Part shown: positions 29,238 through 42,988 of the stretch, piece by piece | How the letters are laid out: each line of letters starts with the position of its first letter | Numbering within the stretch: position 1 is the stretch's first letter | Source of the DNA: Camelus ferus | Taxonomy: Eukaryota | DNA: 64,000 nt | Direction of reading: 5' to 3' | Assembly: GCF_009834535.1 (NCBI RefSeq) | Contig: NC_045696.1 | Span: 100,256,001 to 100,320,000 of the forward strand | Translations under genes and position numbers: made by a program | Notes under the pieces: generated by a model | Told to the model about the DNA's origin: nothing | Database searches by the model: none | The model's input: only the letters and a program-made list of their open reading frames with translations

Positions 29238-31868
29238 TAATTTAAAATAAGTCTCTGTTGTTCTCTTTATTATTGGTGATTTATCTTTAGAAGAGAATGG
29301 TGAAGTAGCCTGAAAGAATATCTGGATCTAATAGGCTATTTTTTTTTTTTTTTTTTTTTTTGGTTCGTACATTTCCTGATATCCTAACTTAATGAATACC
29401 CTATTTATTGAATTCCACATTGAATTGTAATATCTCCAATTTCAAACTGACTAGGGATTTGATCTAACTTATTTTATAAGTGAGGAAATAGAGACAAAAC
29501 ACTTATTCAATATATATTTATTTATTCAGTCATGTTTTTCATGTCCCTACTTTGGGCCAGGCACTGTTCCAGGCACTATTCCAGGCACTGAGGATATGGT
29601 GATGAACAAGATGTTATAAATCCTGGGAGATGGATTTAGGAAATAAGGAGTTGGCTTCTACCTATTTTCTGTTCTTGAGTGGCTCTTAATATCCAAAGTA
29701 AATTCCTACTATCCATTAACTTAGTTGAAGAGATATTCTAGTAATTATTCATGAATTATATTACTATACTTCACAGCTGCTATTCCAAGTTGTATCGTTA
29801 TGTCATGGATACCAACCCTTCAGAACAAATTGGTTATAAAAAACAGAGTTCGACCGATGCAAGCCAGCATAATGGCCCTTACAATAGGTTTCAGAGGAAA
29901 GACATAATCAGATCCTAGTTCTTTACGATTGTGGATACATGAGAGGTGACTTAAAGCAACTATTTTAATTTCATGCCATGTTTGTAGAAATTGGAAATCA
30001 AACACTTGTTTGTTTTAAGCACTTCTTAATTTCTCTGCTTGCTAAGCACTAAAGCCCATCTTGTATGACTTTTTTTTGGAGCTTGTCATTCATCTGACAT
30101 ATGGAGTGGTCTGTAATGAAATTTTTAGTCTCAGTTGAGAGTTAGTCTGAATAAATACTTCACTTTGACTAGATGTTGACTGTTTTGGAAAATTAGTCTT
30201 TAAGACTTCATGAAAGCAGCCTTCGTGAAACAGCACTGTTTATCTGTGGCTTTTAGAATAGCAAGCTACAGACCTCTTTTAGTATAACTCTTTGTTAAGA
30301 AAAAGCCATTGGGGAGGAATGGGGGGAAATGTATAAAGCTCTTTAATGAAAGCAATGAATTTTGGATTTAATTGAAGAGAATAACACTAAAAAACAAGTA
30401 ATGAGAAGAGCAGAAAACTGTACACACAGACATGCTTTAAAAATGCAAAGTACTATATAGCTAAATTATTCTAATAAAAAGAATTAGGAAAATTGGAAAG
30501 ATGGTTATGTATGTTAGGGATGTGTGGACTTTATAAATTTTAAATCTTCCTGACAGCTTTTTTTTTTTTTAAAGATTAAATTACATTTTTGTTTCATTCT
30601 TAATATATTGAAGTCAATTAGAAAATACGTATTTGGAAAAGTAGGTTCTTTGCTGATTTTTAAGGTGGTTGGTGGTGGTCTTTTTTTTTTTTTTTTGATA
30701 AATCAAGTAACAGTGATTATTTTGGCATGCTATTCTATCTTTACTGAAAAAATGGTTGACTAAAAAAAATCTGATTACTTACACTTTTGAAAATTAGAAA
30801 ATAATTTCTGCCTATTTAACAATATAAAATAAATAATCAACTTAAAAAATAGTTTTAAGAGAAGAAATGAAAAACATCCTGTTTGCTATCAGTAATTTAA
30901 GGAAAATATTGTTTCTTTCAAATCATCTTCACCTGAAAGTAAGTATTAGATTGCAAAAAGAGAATTAAAGGCTGGAGCAGGAGAAAAAAATTTCATGTAG
31001 ATTTGTAACGAGTAATGAACTTCTGTGCTTTAATTATAAAATAATTTTAAAGGATATTTTTCTTAACACTGATTTGAGTTCAGTAACTTTTCCTTTAGGA
31101 ATACAAAGTGCAATGGCAGAAAAGATCCTTAAGGAAATTACATCATGATACAAAATTCTGCACCTACTCAGGAGGATTTTATATTTGACGGAACTTAACT
31201 TCTAAATGAGAAATGGACAAATTAAAGCATAACTTTGTTCTGCTGAGCATAAATGGTTAGATAATTAATTTTAAAATGTGCGTATTCTAAAAATGAGATT
31301 ATTCAATTAAATTTTGTTTTATTATTTTCATTTGCATTTATATACTTCATAAATTTTATAAATCTTGCCAAATTATGACATCAGAGCCCCACCTTGTGGT
31401 CAATGTAGATAACTAGTATCTACATTTTAAGCAAAAAGCAAGAGCCTTATATATGTATTTTAATTTCATACTTTTAAAAAATTTTTCTTAAAGGCTAAGA
31501 TAAATAAAAATGACATAGATTGATTTTTTTTCAGGAATTCCTTTTTTATTTTTGTAGATACAATATAATGTTCTAAAAGAGAAATTGGGGCACTTTATTC
31601 TGAAATAAGGAATAGCTAGCATATTTCCAGTTAGTACTGATGAGGTCATTTGTTTTCTATACTTTATCTACTTTGGAAACTGCTAATCTATGATCACTAA
31701 GTAAAAGAGCCAATAATAAAATCAGTGTAGAAATGGTCAGACACAATTACAACTGATAACAGTAATTGGTTTTGAGTAGATAAAATAACTCACATGATAC
31801 TAGAAAACATCCAGACAGTTTGATTGTAAAACTAAATGTGTTTTTAAAAATTCTTTTGGGTGGGGGGT

Positions 31869-31959
31869 GGGTGGGTGTAGCTCAGTGGTAGAGCACATGC
31901 TTAGCATGCATGAGGTCCTGGGTTCAATCTCCAGTACAGCCATTAAAAAAAAAAAGAAA
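31869..31959 (+). mobile_element. tRNA-Ala-derived SINE (camelid Vic-1-like)
   Basis: A box TAGCTCAGTGG, anticodon arm tgcttAGCatgca, B box GGTTCAATC, A-tail, degenerate TSD aaattcttttg / aaattcctctg. Confidence 0.85.
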
Positions 31960-32426
31960 GGGCCCCCCAAATTCCTCTGTGACAGAGAACGGCCAATCAC
32001 ACTAATTTTTTTCCCCTTATAATCAGCCCAGGGCTTGTAAAGGGCAGCAATGAGAACAAGATTCCTGTGATACAAAAATTGGGTGATTCAGACAAACTGT
32101 AAAAATAATTATCTCAGTGTTGTCTTTTGAGGATTAAGGAAATTTGTTCCTGCTGAAGTTATGAAGGGAGGTATACTAAAGTAGGTCTAATTTACTCTAG
32201 CTCCCACATATTCCGATGTTGACCACACATCCTTCTTGATCATCTTTCCCTCCTTTGGGTCACCTTGCACCCTGGCTGCTTCACTGAACTTGGGTGCTGC
32301 CCATCTAACTCTAGAGTGAAGTCATTAATCTTCACGTTGTCCCAGGATGGCTTCCTTTTGATCTGTGAGCCAAGAGGAGAGCACACTTAAAAACGTGTGT
32401 TATCGAAACTTGAATGACTTGCTGTC

Positions 32427-32918
32427 TGTGCTACCAAGTCTCCAAAAATGGTCCCCAGTGAACCGTGCCTCCCGGGATTCTACTCCTGCATAGTTCCCTC
32501 CCATATCGAATCTTGGGGAGGCTTCTGTAACCAATGGAGTGCAGCAGAAATGGCCCTGCCTTACTTTCAGGTTGAGTGATGAGAGACTCTGTGGCTTTGA
32601 TCTCTTGGAACAGTCACTCCTAGGCACCCCCTGTAGAATCCAGGTGCCAGTCTGTGGAAAGCCCAGGCCACATACAAGCACTCCAGCCAAGTGGAAACTC
32701 AGCTCCTACATCATTTGGGTGAATTACTTGGACATCGAGCCCAGTCGTACCTTCAGATGACTATGTCACCATGGTTGACTTCTGCCTGCGACCACATGTG
32801 AGTCCCCAAGTGAAAACCATCCAGCTGAGCCTAGTCAACCCACAGAGACATGAGAGACAAAGATAACATTGTTTTAAGTCACTAAGGTCTTGTTACACAG
32901 CAAGAGATACTGAAACAG
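32427..32918 (+). mobile_element. MaLR (MLT1-type) solo LTR
   Basis: TG...CA ends; ccagctgagcctagtcaacccacaga, ttgttttaagtcactaag, ttgttacacagcaa typical of MLT1 3' ends. Confidence 0.8.
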
Positions 32919-34431
32919 AGATAACTGCCTGCACTGCCTCTCTGTGTGTGCCTGCTTTTCTGAGCACTTAGCACTGGATGGTTTATTTACCTTTCATTTT
33001 CCTCAGTGAGGCCAGAAGCTCCTTGGGTGGAGGGACCGGGCCTTATTCAGTCTTTTCAGTTCCAAAGCTTAGTATAGAGCCTGGCATTTAGTAGGCACTC
33101 AGCTGTGAATGAGTAATTGCGAGTGGGCTTTATGTCTGAGATTTTGCTGTATTGGAATGAAAATGACCCCTGAGGGAAATAAGAATTTTGAATTTAACAA
33201 ACCAAAAATAAAATTAAATCTATCTGTACTTTGGTTATGATGTGTGAGGTAAAGACTTGAGAAAGATTGTACAGCCTGTTCCTGAGGAAAGGGTTATGGT
33301 GACAGCCCCAAGTTGGCTAGAATGATGTACTAAGATGTTATAAAAAGAAACCCATCCCACTGTTATCCTCAGCATCCTGGGCTGAAGTGCTCAGTTTATG
33401 AGTAACTGCTTGGTGGCCATATGTGTATTAGCCTTTCAATGAGTATTTTGAATTGAATGAATTTGGTTTTACACATCTTAAACATTTTTAGTAAAATGCA
33501 AAAGCAATACATCAATATTCTGACTAAAATCTCTGCATTTTATCATCCCACTTTAAACTAAGAAATAGTTCTAAAATAGAAACATGTGAAAACAGTCAAT
33601 TTCCAAATGCCAAGGAGAGTGTGTCCTTGAGGTGTATTTTCACTGGAGCTACTGTTGTCACCGTAGTTACAGACTGCACTGCTCACTGGGTGTGGCTTGT
33701 TGATTTTAACCAAATACCTTTTTAACATCTATTCAGTATGGGCTAGAGATGTGATCAATAATGGACCTTAAACTATAATTTCAAAAGTATGGACCTGGTT
33801 GAATCTGTTTAAAAAATGAGTTGTTTTAGGAGAGCGATAATGTGGATGATGTCAGAAAAAAAACCAGAATTTAAAAACTTCTTGATTGCATGTCAGTGAG
33901 AATTTGAATAGAACAGACTTGGGATAAAGTATTTTTATACAAATATAGAGGAGATAATTTTAACTGTTTAAAATTGGTAAAGGATTTGGCGGATCTGAGA
34001 CATTTAAAAGGAAACAGTGAATTTAAGTGTGTAAAGTGGAAAAGACGTGGGAGATAGCAATGAGATCGAGCAGTTTTAATCTATCTAATTATATTTCAAA
34101 GTGAGGATGTGAAAAATGGACTTAAACCCACATCTAACTTGCCACTGATTAGAGGGGTTACATCTCCTATGGGATGTTTGTTTTGTCGTTAAGATTTCAG
34201 GTTCTAGTATTTTTGGAAGGCATGTTGTGTGTGCTAGTTTTCAAACAGTTCCATCCTTCAACAGACTTTCTTGCAAATATTTAGTCCAATGTTTCATAGT
34301 TTTTTTAAGGTCTAAAATGAGGACAGAATGAGAAGTCCAGAACGCGTACTTGTCTGTGTGACAAGATTAATTGATACCTGCTCTCAGATGTGTGTAGCCC
34401 AGAATCTAAATCTTCAGTGATGGTTTACGTT

Positions 34432-34765
34432 TGTGATAGTTACATGTACTTTTCCCTGAAAATCCACGCGCTTCCCAGATTTTCCACCCACTCATAGTTA
34501 GGAGGGGCCCTGTGACAGTTTTTGGCCAGTGGCCTGTGAGCAGAAGTGATGTGATTCACTCCCAAGGCCAAGCATTTAAGAGCCCATTGTAGCAACCCTT
34601 GAAGCATATATATTGAGACGTCTGGATCCTGAGTCACAATTTGGAAGGGAGTTGCCCTTAAGGGATGCCAGGCCCACAGCAGAGACATGTGAGAAAGAAA
34701 TAAGTTTACATGTTAAGCCACTGAGGTCTCCAGGCTTGCAAGATGGCTTATTTCTACCTAACACA
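34432..34765 (+). mobile_element. MaLR (MLT1-type) LTR
   Basis: tgtgacagtttttggccagtggcctgtgagcagaagtgatgtg...gagaaagaaataagttt...ttaagccactgag. Confidence 0.75.
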
Positions 34766-36132
34766 CCTATCACACATTTGAGAAAAAGATATATATTTTA
34801 ATTGAAGAAGATAGATTTTAGGTATATATTGCTTTTAAAATAATAAAAACCTAGAGTTATTTTAGGTTTCAGTGATTTAATTTGTATCCTCTAACAATAG
34901 AATCTCAAGATTGGACTGGTCTTAAAAGCTAGGTTGGCCAGTCTCGGTCCTGCACTCACCCTAAACAAACCCCTTTCAAGTTTCCCTGGTTGATCATCCA
35001 GACGATATTTGAAAATGTCATTTAGTGAATGTTTATTAGGTGTCTCTTACATGTCTATCATTGTACCTGACAGTACAGATTTGATTTAGATTTATAGATA
35101 TGATTTATCATCCTTGCATCACAATCCAGTGATGACTGAGTCACTGAATCCTGACTCAGAAACGGTAGAGCATTTTCTTAACTGTGCTGAAATCTGTTTT
35201 GTAACTTCTACTTAAAGTTTATTTGTACATTTGAAAATGATATGAAAAAATTAATGCCTTTTAATATGGGCTTATCTTTCAAATACTGAACAGCAGTAAT
35301 CACACCTGTTCCCTCTCTCCCCTCCATGCCCCTGTGCCTCACCCTCTTATCTTTCCCACACTTAAAATATCAGATTCTTCCCTAGTCCTTTATATTGAAA
35401 GACAAAAATAACCAGTTTCTCCTGAGTGTACGCTGTATCCAGAGACTGGACCAGTGCTCAGGTGGTCATCTCAGACTTGGTCCAGTCTCACAAAGAAGAG
35501 ACAGGTTGTGATGATAGACAGCCAATAGTCTGAGTCCCCTCGGTCTCTTGTTTCTTCTGCTTTAGCTCCAAAAGCACAGGTACAGTTTGAGAAATTTCAA
35601 GGAGCTTCAAGATGTTCTCTCAGGTTATTCGTACAGTGGGACAGAAAAGGTGGCATAGTCCAGCCCCCTTCCCATGTCCAAAACAGATCACCTGACCTCT
35701 GCTTGAGGGTTGCAGGTGCTCATCTATGCTTGAAAAGCTCTTGCTATCGGAATGCTTTTCCTTATGTGGAGCTGATGTTAGCTGCCCTCCTAACTTCTTC
35801 CTGTTGTTCTGCTTTCTGGCGGAACACTGACTAAGTTGGATGCCTTTTCCATGTGTTAGTGATGCGAAGGGATTGTAGTTTTCCTAAGTCTGCTCTCCAG
35901 GATAAACATTTCAGGTTTTCACAACCATCTCATCATCCTGTCCTCTGTGGCTCCCTGCTTCTCTCTCCTTTGTCAGCATGACAGTTCACAATGTGTCACC
36001 TGGAAACCTGATGACTGCAGTGATTCTGATTGCCTCCTTTGGTCTGCTCACTGTGTTTCTAGATAGAAAGCCTAAGATTTTATTGTCTTTTATAGGGGCT
36101 ATACTACAAGGATTTAAAAGAAAACACCGGAT

Positions 36133-36300
36133 TAGTGGTTTTCAAACCAGGCTGCACATTAAAAGCACCTGGGGGAGTGTTTTAAAAATGCTGATGCCCA
36201 TGTCCTAGTCCTGACCAAATAAACCCAAATCTCTGAGGGTAAAGCCCGGGTATAGTGCTTTGTAAGTGCTTCAGTGATTTTAATGTGTAGTCAAAAGTTT
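36133..36300. mobile_element. MER5A-like hAT-Charlie MITE
   Basis: agtggttttcaaac...gctgcacatta...cacctggggga...aaaatgctgatgccc. Confidence 0.75.
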
Positions 36301-37784
36301 TGCTCTTAAATGAAGTTTCTCTCAATTTGTGTGTAAATGCAATTTTTTATTTGGCTATAACATATCAGACTTTTGCTCTGTTCCAGTTCAATTATCTCTG
36401 ATAATAGGAGTCCCAGAATTTCCAAATGCAGTTTTGTGAGGTCAGTCCTCAACAATCTTCAACAAAGCTAGAACATTAAAATTACTAAAATGTCCATAAA
36501 ATGTTTAGAAAAGTTTGGAAACGAATTTTAAAAAGTATAAAGATTCATTTCAATTTAATATTTCTTATATTATTGGGCTTATGCATAATATAATTTGTAC
36601 TGTATGTACTGTATGTATGTAAAAGCATTCTATGATCATACTGTGAATAAACTTGGATGATCATTGTTAGCAGGTGACATAGCCCAGTAAGTATGGGACA
36701 CAAGAAAGGTTTTCCAAATTCAAGGTCCTTCGAAATAAAACAAGCATTAATCCTAGGCTAGTTAGCTGTTTTTCCTTATTATTATGAAAACCCTGGTTTT
36801 TAAGGTATATCCAAATTAAACTACTTTTTATTCCTTTAACTTTTGATATCTTTCAGCTGTTAAAATGAGTGTTGTCATAGAAAGTTTGGCAGCAGAAATC
36901 TTTGAGTCTGGCACATCTGAAATTAATCAGTGTTGAGGAAGCGTTAAGAGGAAAAACTGCAGTTGTTTAAATTTGCATCTTTGGGTCATTTGGATTTCTT
37001 CCCCCAAAGTCGTTAAAATTGCCTGAGTATTGCAGTATAGTGGATTAGAATTCCATAAAAATCAATGTTTATTGGCCCTCGATTCAAAAGGCCACGAGCA
37101 GCCCTCATGCTGCACCCCCTTTATTCTTGGTGTATTGAGTACATTGTTGGTAAGGATTATGCTGCGGTTTTGAAGGCACCTGTTCATAAGCCAAGGCATT
37201 GTGCATTGATGCTCATAATCTTTCATATCCACTTGAAGTGAATTAGGGATTATCCAGGGAATAATGTTAATATAATTAAAATGAAGATACGTGAGGTCAG
37301 AAAATATTTAGAGGAAGTGGTGAGTTTATTGTAACTGCACACAAAACGTATTCTGCTCTTTCGTTAGCCAAGTCAAAGGAAGAAACACAATGGGTTATCT
37401 ATACCAAGGTCTCTTTATATTGCCACAAAGGCATTTCTCACTTCCTGGCTACTCATCTTTTTTTTTTTTTTTCCTATTCCTCTGTTAGACCTCCACTTAG
37501 TGATTCAGTCTTACTTGCTTTCAACTCAGCTCTAATCCTGTCTGTGCTCAAGGGCCCCAAGTAGGTCAAGTAACAAGTTAACAACAATGCTTGTTTTGCT
37601 TTGACTTTTTCCTTTCAGATTTGTTAACCAAGTTTTATTCTGAGCCTATGGGGAAACCATACACTTCATTATTTAGAACTGATTTGTCTTGTTCTTTTTG
37701 TCTGAACGTCTTCCTAGGTATCTTGATTCTCATTGCTGTTACTCTGAGACTGGGGACTAGAGGTCAGTATGTGCTTCACAAATA

Positions 37785-38150
37785 TACCAATTAGCTTTTG
37801 CCACACAAAAAACTACATAACAAACCACACCCAAAGCATAGTGCCTCAAAATTACAATAATTGAATTTCATGGATCTATGAGTTGCCCGGGCTCAGCTTA
37901 ATGGGGTTTTCTCTGCTACAAATCTCTCGTTTCCCTCCCAGTGGGCTAACCCCAGCAGGCTTCCCTCATGGCAATGATGGAGATAAGGACCAGTGGAGAC
38001 ACAGAAGACCTCTTGGGACTGGCACATCACCACTTCCACATTATTCTTTTGCTAAAGCAAGTCATGTTGCTGAAAGTAACCTGAAGAATAAATACACCTG
38101 GAACCTTTAGGAAGAGAACATGGCAGAGAATGTTGAAGCAGGAAGGGTTG
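37785..38150 (-). mobile_element. MaLR (MLT1-type) LTR
   Basis: cataacaaaccacacccaaagcatagtg...cacttccacattattc...aaagcaagtcatg, antisense MLT1 motifs. Confidence 0.65.
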
Positions 38151-38220
38151 TTGAAAGGAATAAACTGTTATTTAAATATATTAAAATGTATTATCACAAT
38201 TTCAAAAATTAATTAATGTA

Positions 38221-38335
38221 CAATTGACCCTTGAACAATGCAGGAGTTAGGGGCCTTGACCCCTATGCAGTTGAAAATCTTAGTAAGACTTTATAGTCAG
38301 CCCTCTGTATCCCCTGCTCCACATCCAAGGATTAT
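38221..38335. mobile_element. Tigger2/MER8-like terminal fragment
   Basis: TA then caattgacccttgaacaatgcaggagttagggg...gcagttgaaaatc. Confidence 0.7.
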
Positions 38336-38339
38336 AATA

Positions 38340-40540
38340 TGCATACTTAAGTTTTCACACTCTACTTAGAATTAATATTTCACCATATCTAGTCAAATGT
38401 AAAAACCTTACCACCATATCTTTCTTTTCCTTTAGTTGTAATATTTATTAACTCTCTGTTCACTGAACAACCCATCAATGTTATAATTTTTACTTTCAAC
38501 CATTTAAAAAACTTGAAGAACCATTTAAAGTAACTTAAATGAAAAGTAGTCTGTTTATTTATGTAATATTTACCATTCGTGTTGCTCTTCCTTTATTCCC
38601 AAGTTCCATGTTTCCGTCTGGTATCATTTCCCTTTCACCTGAAAATCTTCCTTTTGAAATTCTTTTATAGCAAATTTTCTGGAAACAAATTCTCTTAGTT
38701 TTCATTAATTTGAGAATGTCTTTATTTCACCTTAATTTGTGAATGAAAGTTATTTTTACTGGATAGAGAATTATAGGTTGACAGTTTTTTCCTTATAGTA
38801 CAATATTTTTTTGCTCCACTACCTTCTTTATGATGACAAATCTAATCATTTGAATATTTATTCTCCTAGATATAATGAATTATTTTGTCTCTAATTGCTT
38901 TCAAGATTTTTTATCTCTAATTTTCATCAGTTTGATTATGATATGTATAGGCATGGAATTCTTTGAGTTTATCCTATTAGGGGTTTGCTGAACTTCTTGA
39001 ATCTGCAAATTTATGTTTATACCCAAATTTGAAAAGTTTTCAGGTATTATTTCTTCAATGATATTTTTCTGTACAATAGTCTTTTTTCTTTCTGTAACTT
39101 CAATAACACAAATGTTAGACCTGACATTTTCCTCAGGTTCTTGACACCCTGTTCATTTTTTCTTTCATTTTTTTCTTTTTATTGTTCAAACTGGATAATT
39201 TCTACTGATCTACCTCCAAATTCATTAACTCTTTCTTCTATTGTCTTCATTCTGCTATTGAGCTCATCTAGTAATTTCTTTTTAATTTTGGTGATTGTAT
39301 TTTTCAGTTCTAAAATTTCCATGTTTCTCCTTTATAACTTCTATTTCTTTAATGACATTTTCTATCCCTCCATTTGTTCCAAGATGTTTGTTGTTACTTC
39401 TTTAAGCATAATAGCTTCTTTAAAATCTTTGATAATTAAGCTTCTGGTTCATATTAGGTTGATGTTTGTGGATTTCCTTTCCCTCGGTAATTTGTCAGAT
39501 CTTTCTGATTCTTTTACATGTTGAATAATTTGGAGTAGGATGCTGGACATTGTGAATATGGTTATGAGGTTTGCGGTCTTGATTAGACCCTATGGAGAAT
39601 GCTTTGTTGTTGTTTTGTTTTGTTTTAGTAAGCAATTGACTCAGTTAGGTGCTGGCTGCAATTTCTGACATGACTTATGTGGACTGTGGTTCAATTGTCA
39701 GTATACTTTTCAAAGTCTTTGCAATGTTATTCAGCTCTCTCATGCATGTGTGCCACTTGGGGGCCAGTCTGTGGCCTGACTGTAGTCTACCTCATATTTC
39801 AGTTTTCAGAGTTACTGGTATACTGTTCAGGGGCACATCTACTGCTCAGCTCACGGCTGAGTCAAAGGGTTCATATAAAATATTTTGAGGTCCTTTTCTT
39901 GAGCTCTTCTCTATACTGTCTCCCCTAGACTGTCTGGCTGCCACGGTCCCTCCTTCCTGTTCCTCTGCTAGTCTTTTTACCCTGTCTGCATGTCCTGAGT
40001 TTGCCTCTGCTTAGATACAAGTGGCAGAAGGATAGAAAGAAAAAAATGGAGATTTTCTTTCATGGCCTTTGGATCATATGGTCTCTCTGGTTGGAGAGCA
40101 GGGTTCTCCTGCCTTCAGGTACCCACCTAGATGCCACTGCCGCCACTACCACAGGGTTGTAGCTTCTTGAGTGGGGCTTGCTGGAAGCAAAGCTGAGAGA
40201 GAAAGAAGAGGTTAGAGAACTTCCCTCCACTCTCTCTCTGTCTTCTAGAGGCCACACTTCCAATCCTAAGAACAAAAAAAGAGCAATTTCTCTTGGAGCT
40301 CTTTTTGTCCATGCCTAGTACACTATTCTGGGATTTGTGCTAACTCAAAGCTAAGGAGCTTTGTATGGAAAAAGAATAAAACAAGGAAACTTCCCACTGA
40401 TTGCTCGTACTTTGAGCACTGGTTTTCTTCTCAAGCCACCTGCTACCATTTTACTTAGAGTTCTTTATGGCCACTCCATGCCTTCTGCCAATGGCTTTTG
40501 GTTCCAGAGTGGAGTTGCTTTACTTCATCTTCACTGGAAC
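38340..40540 (-). mobile_element. Ancient L1 (or HAL1) 5' half: 5' UTR and degraded ORF1
   Basis: T-rich antisense ORF1-like text (ttgctttcaagattttt...cagtttgattatgatatgt...tttgctgaacttcttgaatctg); L1 5'-terminus-like catcttcactggaac at ~40540. Confidence 0.7.
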
Positions 40541-42834
40541 ATGAGCCCTCACTTAAGTTTTGTAAACTTCAGTTACTTCATCTTCAAAGTGAGTGTGACT
40601 AATACCTACCCTTTCTAATTCCTAAGATATTTATAGGAATAAAATGAAATGGCATCTAAAGAAGTGTTTTGTAAATGTAAACTATGTTACGACTGTGAAC
40701 ATGGTGATATATTGCTCTTTGAATACTTATATATAACTGGAAGACAACTGTTTCCACTTCAACTTTATTATTTTTGGCAATTCCCCAAATATACACTGTC
40801 ACATTAATAAAAAGTTGGGCCCCCATGTTAAACAAAGCCAAACAGATTTCCACACTGTAGGACTTCTTGAAAGCTCTGATAGGTTAATGTACATTTTGAA
40901 CTTCCAAGAGATAAATGAATAGATTTAGGTACTTGTCCATGAGCTATTTTCTTTGCTATGGGTCTTCTAAACATAAATAAATGCAGAACTATATATTATA
41001 AGCACATTCTAGAAAACTCTTCCCTATGGCATCTTTAACATGAATAAGAGTGTTATAAGCTTTGGCAAAACCTTTGTTCCCCCTTTTAATCATCTGTCAA
41101 GCTGAGAGCCTTGCTCGCAGACATATGGCTGTAGAAGGAAAAATATCTTGGGGGAATATGAGGCTTTAAAGAAACACACAGATGCAAAACAAAATAATGT
41201 ACATTTGGATATCTTTTCGAAGTTTCACTCCAGTAAAAGTGTTTTGTGGCCTCATTTTCAAACCACAGTCTATCAGTGTGAGAGTAGTTGGAAGATACTC
41301 TTTGAATCTGGTATTACCATGAAAATCTGGGCTGTGTATTTGTACTATTTCTTATACTAGTCTTCAGAAAAGTGTTATTGAATCCTGACGTATTTATACC
41401 TCCTGGTTCTTTCAGTTAAAATTTTTAGAATTTAGGAACATAACATAATAATAAGTCTTATGTATGTAACCTCATTGTCCTTGTGGACTCCTATTTTCTT
41501 CCTATCTGTAATGGTCGAAGTCGGACATAATTCAAAATTATTTTTACATCTTTGTGTAAATAAGTTTATATAAACAAAAAGTGCCAGCAGAATCTATATT
41601 CATTAAAAGAGAAAATGAAGACAATATAACTTTCAACAATGAGGAGTTTGACATCTTGAAGGTAATGTATGGATGTTAACTTATAAATCAGTTCAGAACT
41701 CAAATTCACTACTAAGAAAAATAATTCTAGGAAAGGGTCACTGAATTCTCAATCTATTTTTCTGTATGTATACTTTAAAAGGTCAAAAGTAGAGTGATTT
41801 ACATTCACAAATGTCCTGAACTTTGATCAAGAATCAACTTCTTAAAAGATAATCATAATCTGCCTTTTATCACCTTATAATCCAATTCTAATTATGGCCC
41901 TAGTTCACCACTACTTCTCCCTGGGGAAATTTATGAGCCCCATATGCTTGTCTTCTGTGCCACGCGGACAGTCTTGGGGTCTTGCATCCATGCAGTTTGA
42001 GAGCACAGACTACTATTACTTACAAGCTTACAAGCCTAGGTTAAATAAAGTATAGAGAGCAGTAATTCGAGCTTACCCACAGAAACAGCAAAGTCACATT
42101 TGGGGTCAAGTCTGGATATATCTAACATCCGACCAACATCTGGCTTATGTTATTGAGAGATCAACTGTACTCACTAAAAAATAACATTTTATGGACACTA
42201 TCTTACAGCAGTCTCCAAACACTCCTCTGGTTTATTTTTATTTAAACAATTTACATAGTTCATCTGGTTTTTTTTAGCAGGGGCTAAAACTTGTGTGAAA
42301 AGCTGCAGTACAAAAGGCCAATATACTCCATGTCCATGCAGAAGAATTTCATTTCTAGATAGTAAGTTTGGATGTCTTATTTGTTTCACCATCAGGTCAT
42401 CTGGAATGTCAGTTCATGGGCAGATGTGAACTTTGGCTGCCTACAAGCCATTCAAACTTCTCATCTCCTTCCACTGTCTTGGTTGGAAAGTGGAAATATT
42501 CAATTTTTCAACCTTCCCTGGGTGGAACACCATATCATCCCTAGACTATGGGCCCCTGGATTAAAAAATAAAATCTATGTTTTGGAAAAATGGAATTTTA
42601 AAAGTTTGTGGAGGTGCCTTGGATTCCTGGTAAATTGTACCTCCATGCATTGTGGAACAAAATACATGGAGTTTTAGACTCTCAGGATTAAAGTCAGCAA
42701 GAAAAGTTTGTATCTTCTTTGGATAGTCAATATAGCATTTTTTTTTTTTTTACAGAATCTCTGTATATCTGTTCTTAACAATATCATTTAGTTTTAATTT
42801 GGAACTGTTTTTCAAAAGCTAACCATGTATGATA

Positions 42835-42988
42835 AAAGACACAAGCGGTTTTAGAAAGCACCTGCATCGGAGAGCGAGCTGAATCTGCTGGCATCCTGAT
42901 CTTGGACTTCCAGTCTCCAGAACTGTGAGAAATACATTTTCATTGTTTATAAGCCACCTGGTGAACAGTATTTTGTTATAGCAGCCCT
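42835..42988 (+). mobile_element. MLT1 LTR 3' part
   Basis: gatcttggacttccagtctccagaactgtgagaaata...tataagccacc...ttgttatagcagccc. Confidence 0.8.

Larger units (their letters stand above)
27969..29255 (+). other. PLOD2: PLOD2 3' UTR (end approximate)
   Basis: AU-rich sequence after the stop with no recognisable interspersed repeat, up to distal AATAAA (29232-29237) followed by GU/U-rich gtctctgttgttctcttt. Confidence 0.75.

Noticed and set aside
31869..31945. Functional tRNA-Ala(AGC) gene
   Set aside because: Acceptor stem does not pair well, and it has an A-tail and TSD-like flanks, so it is a SINE
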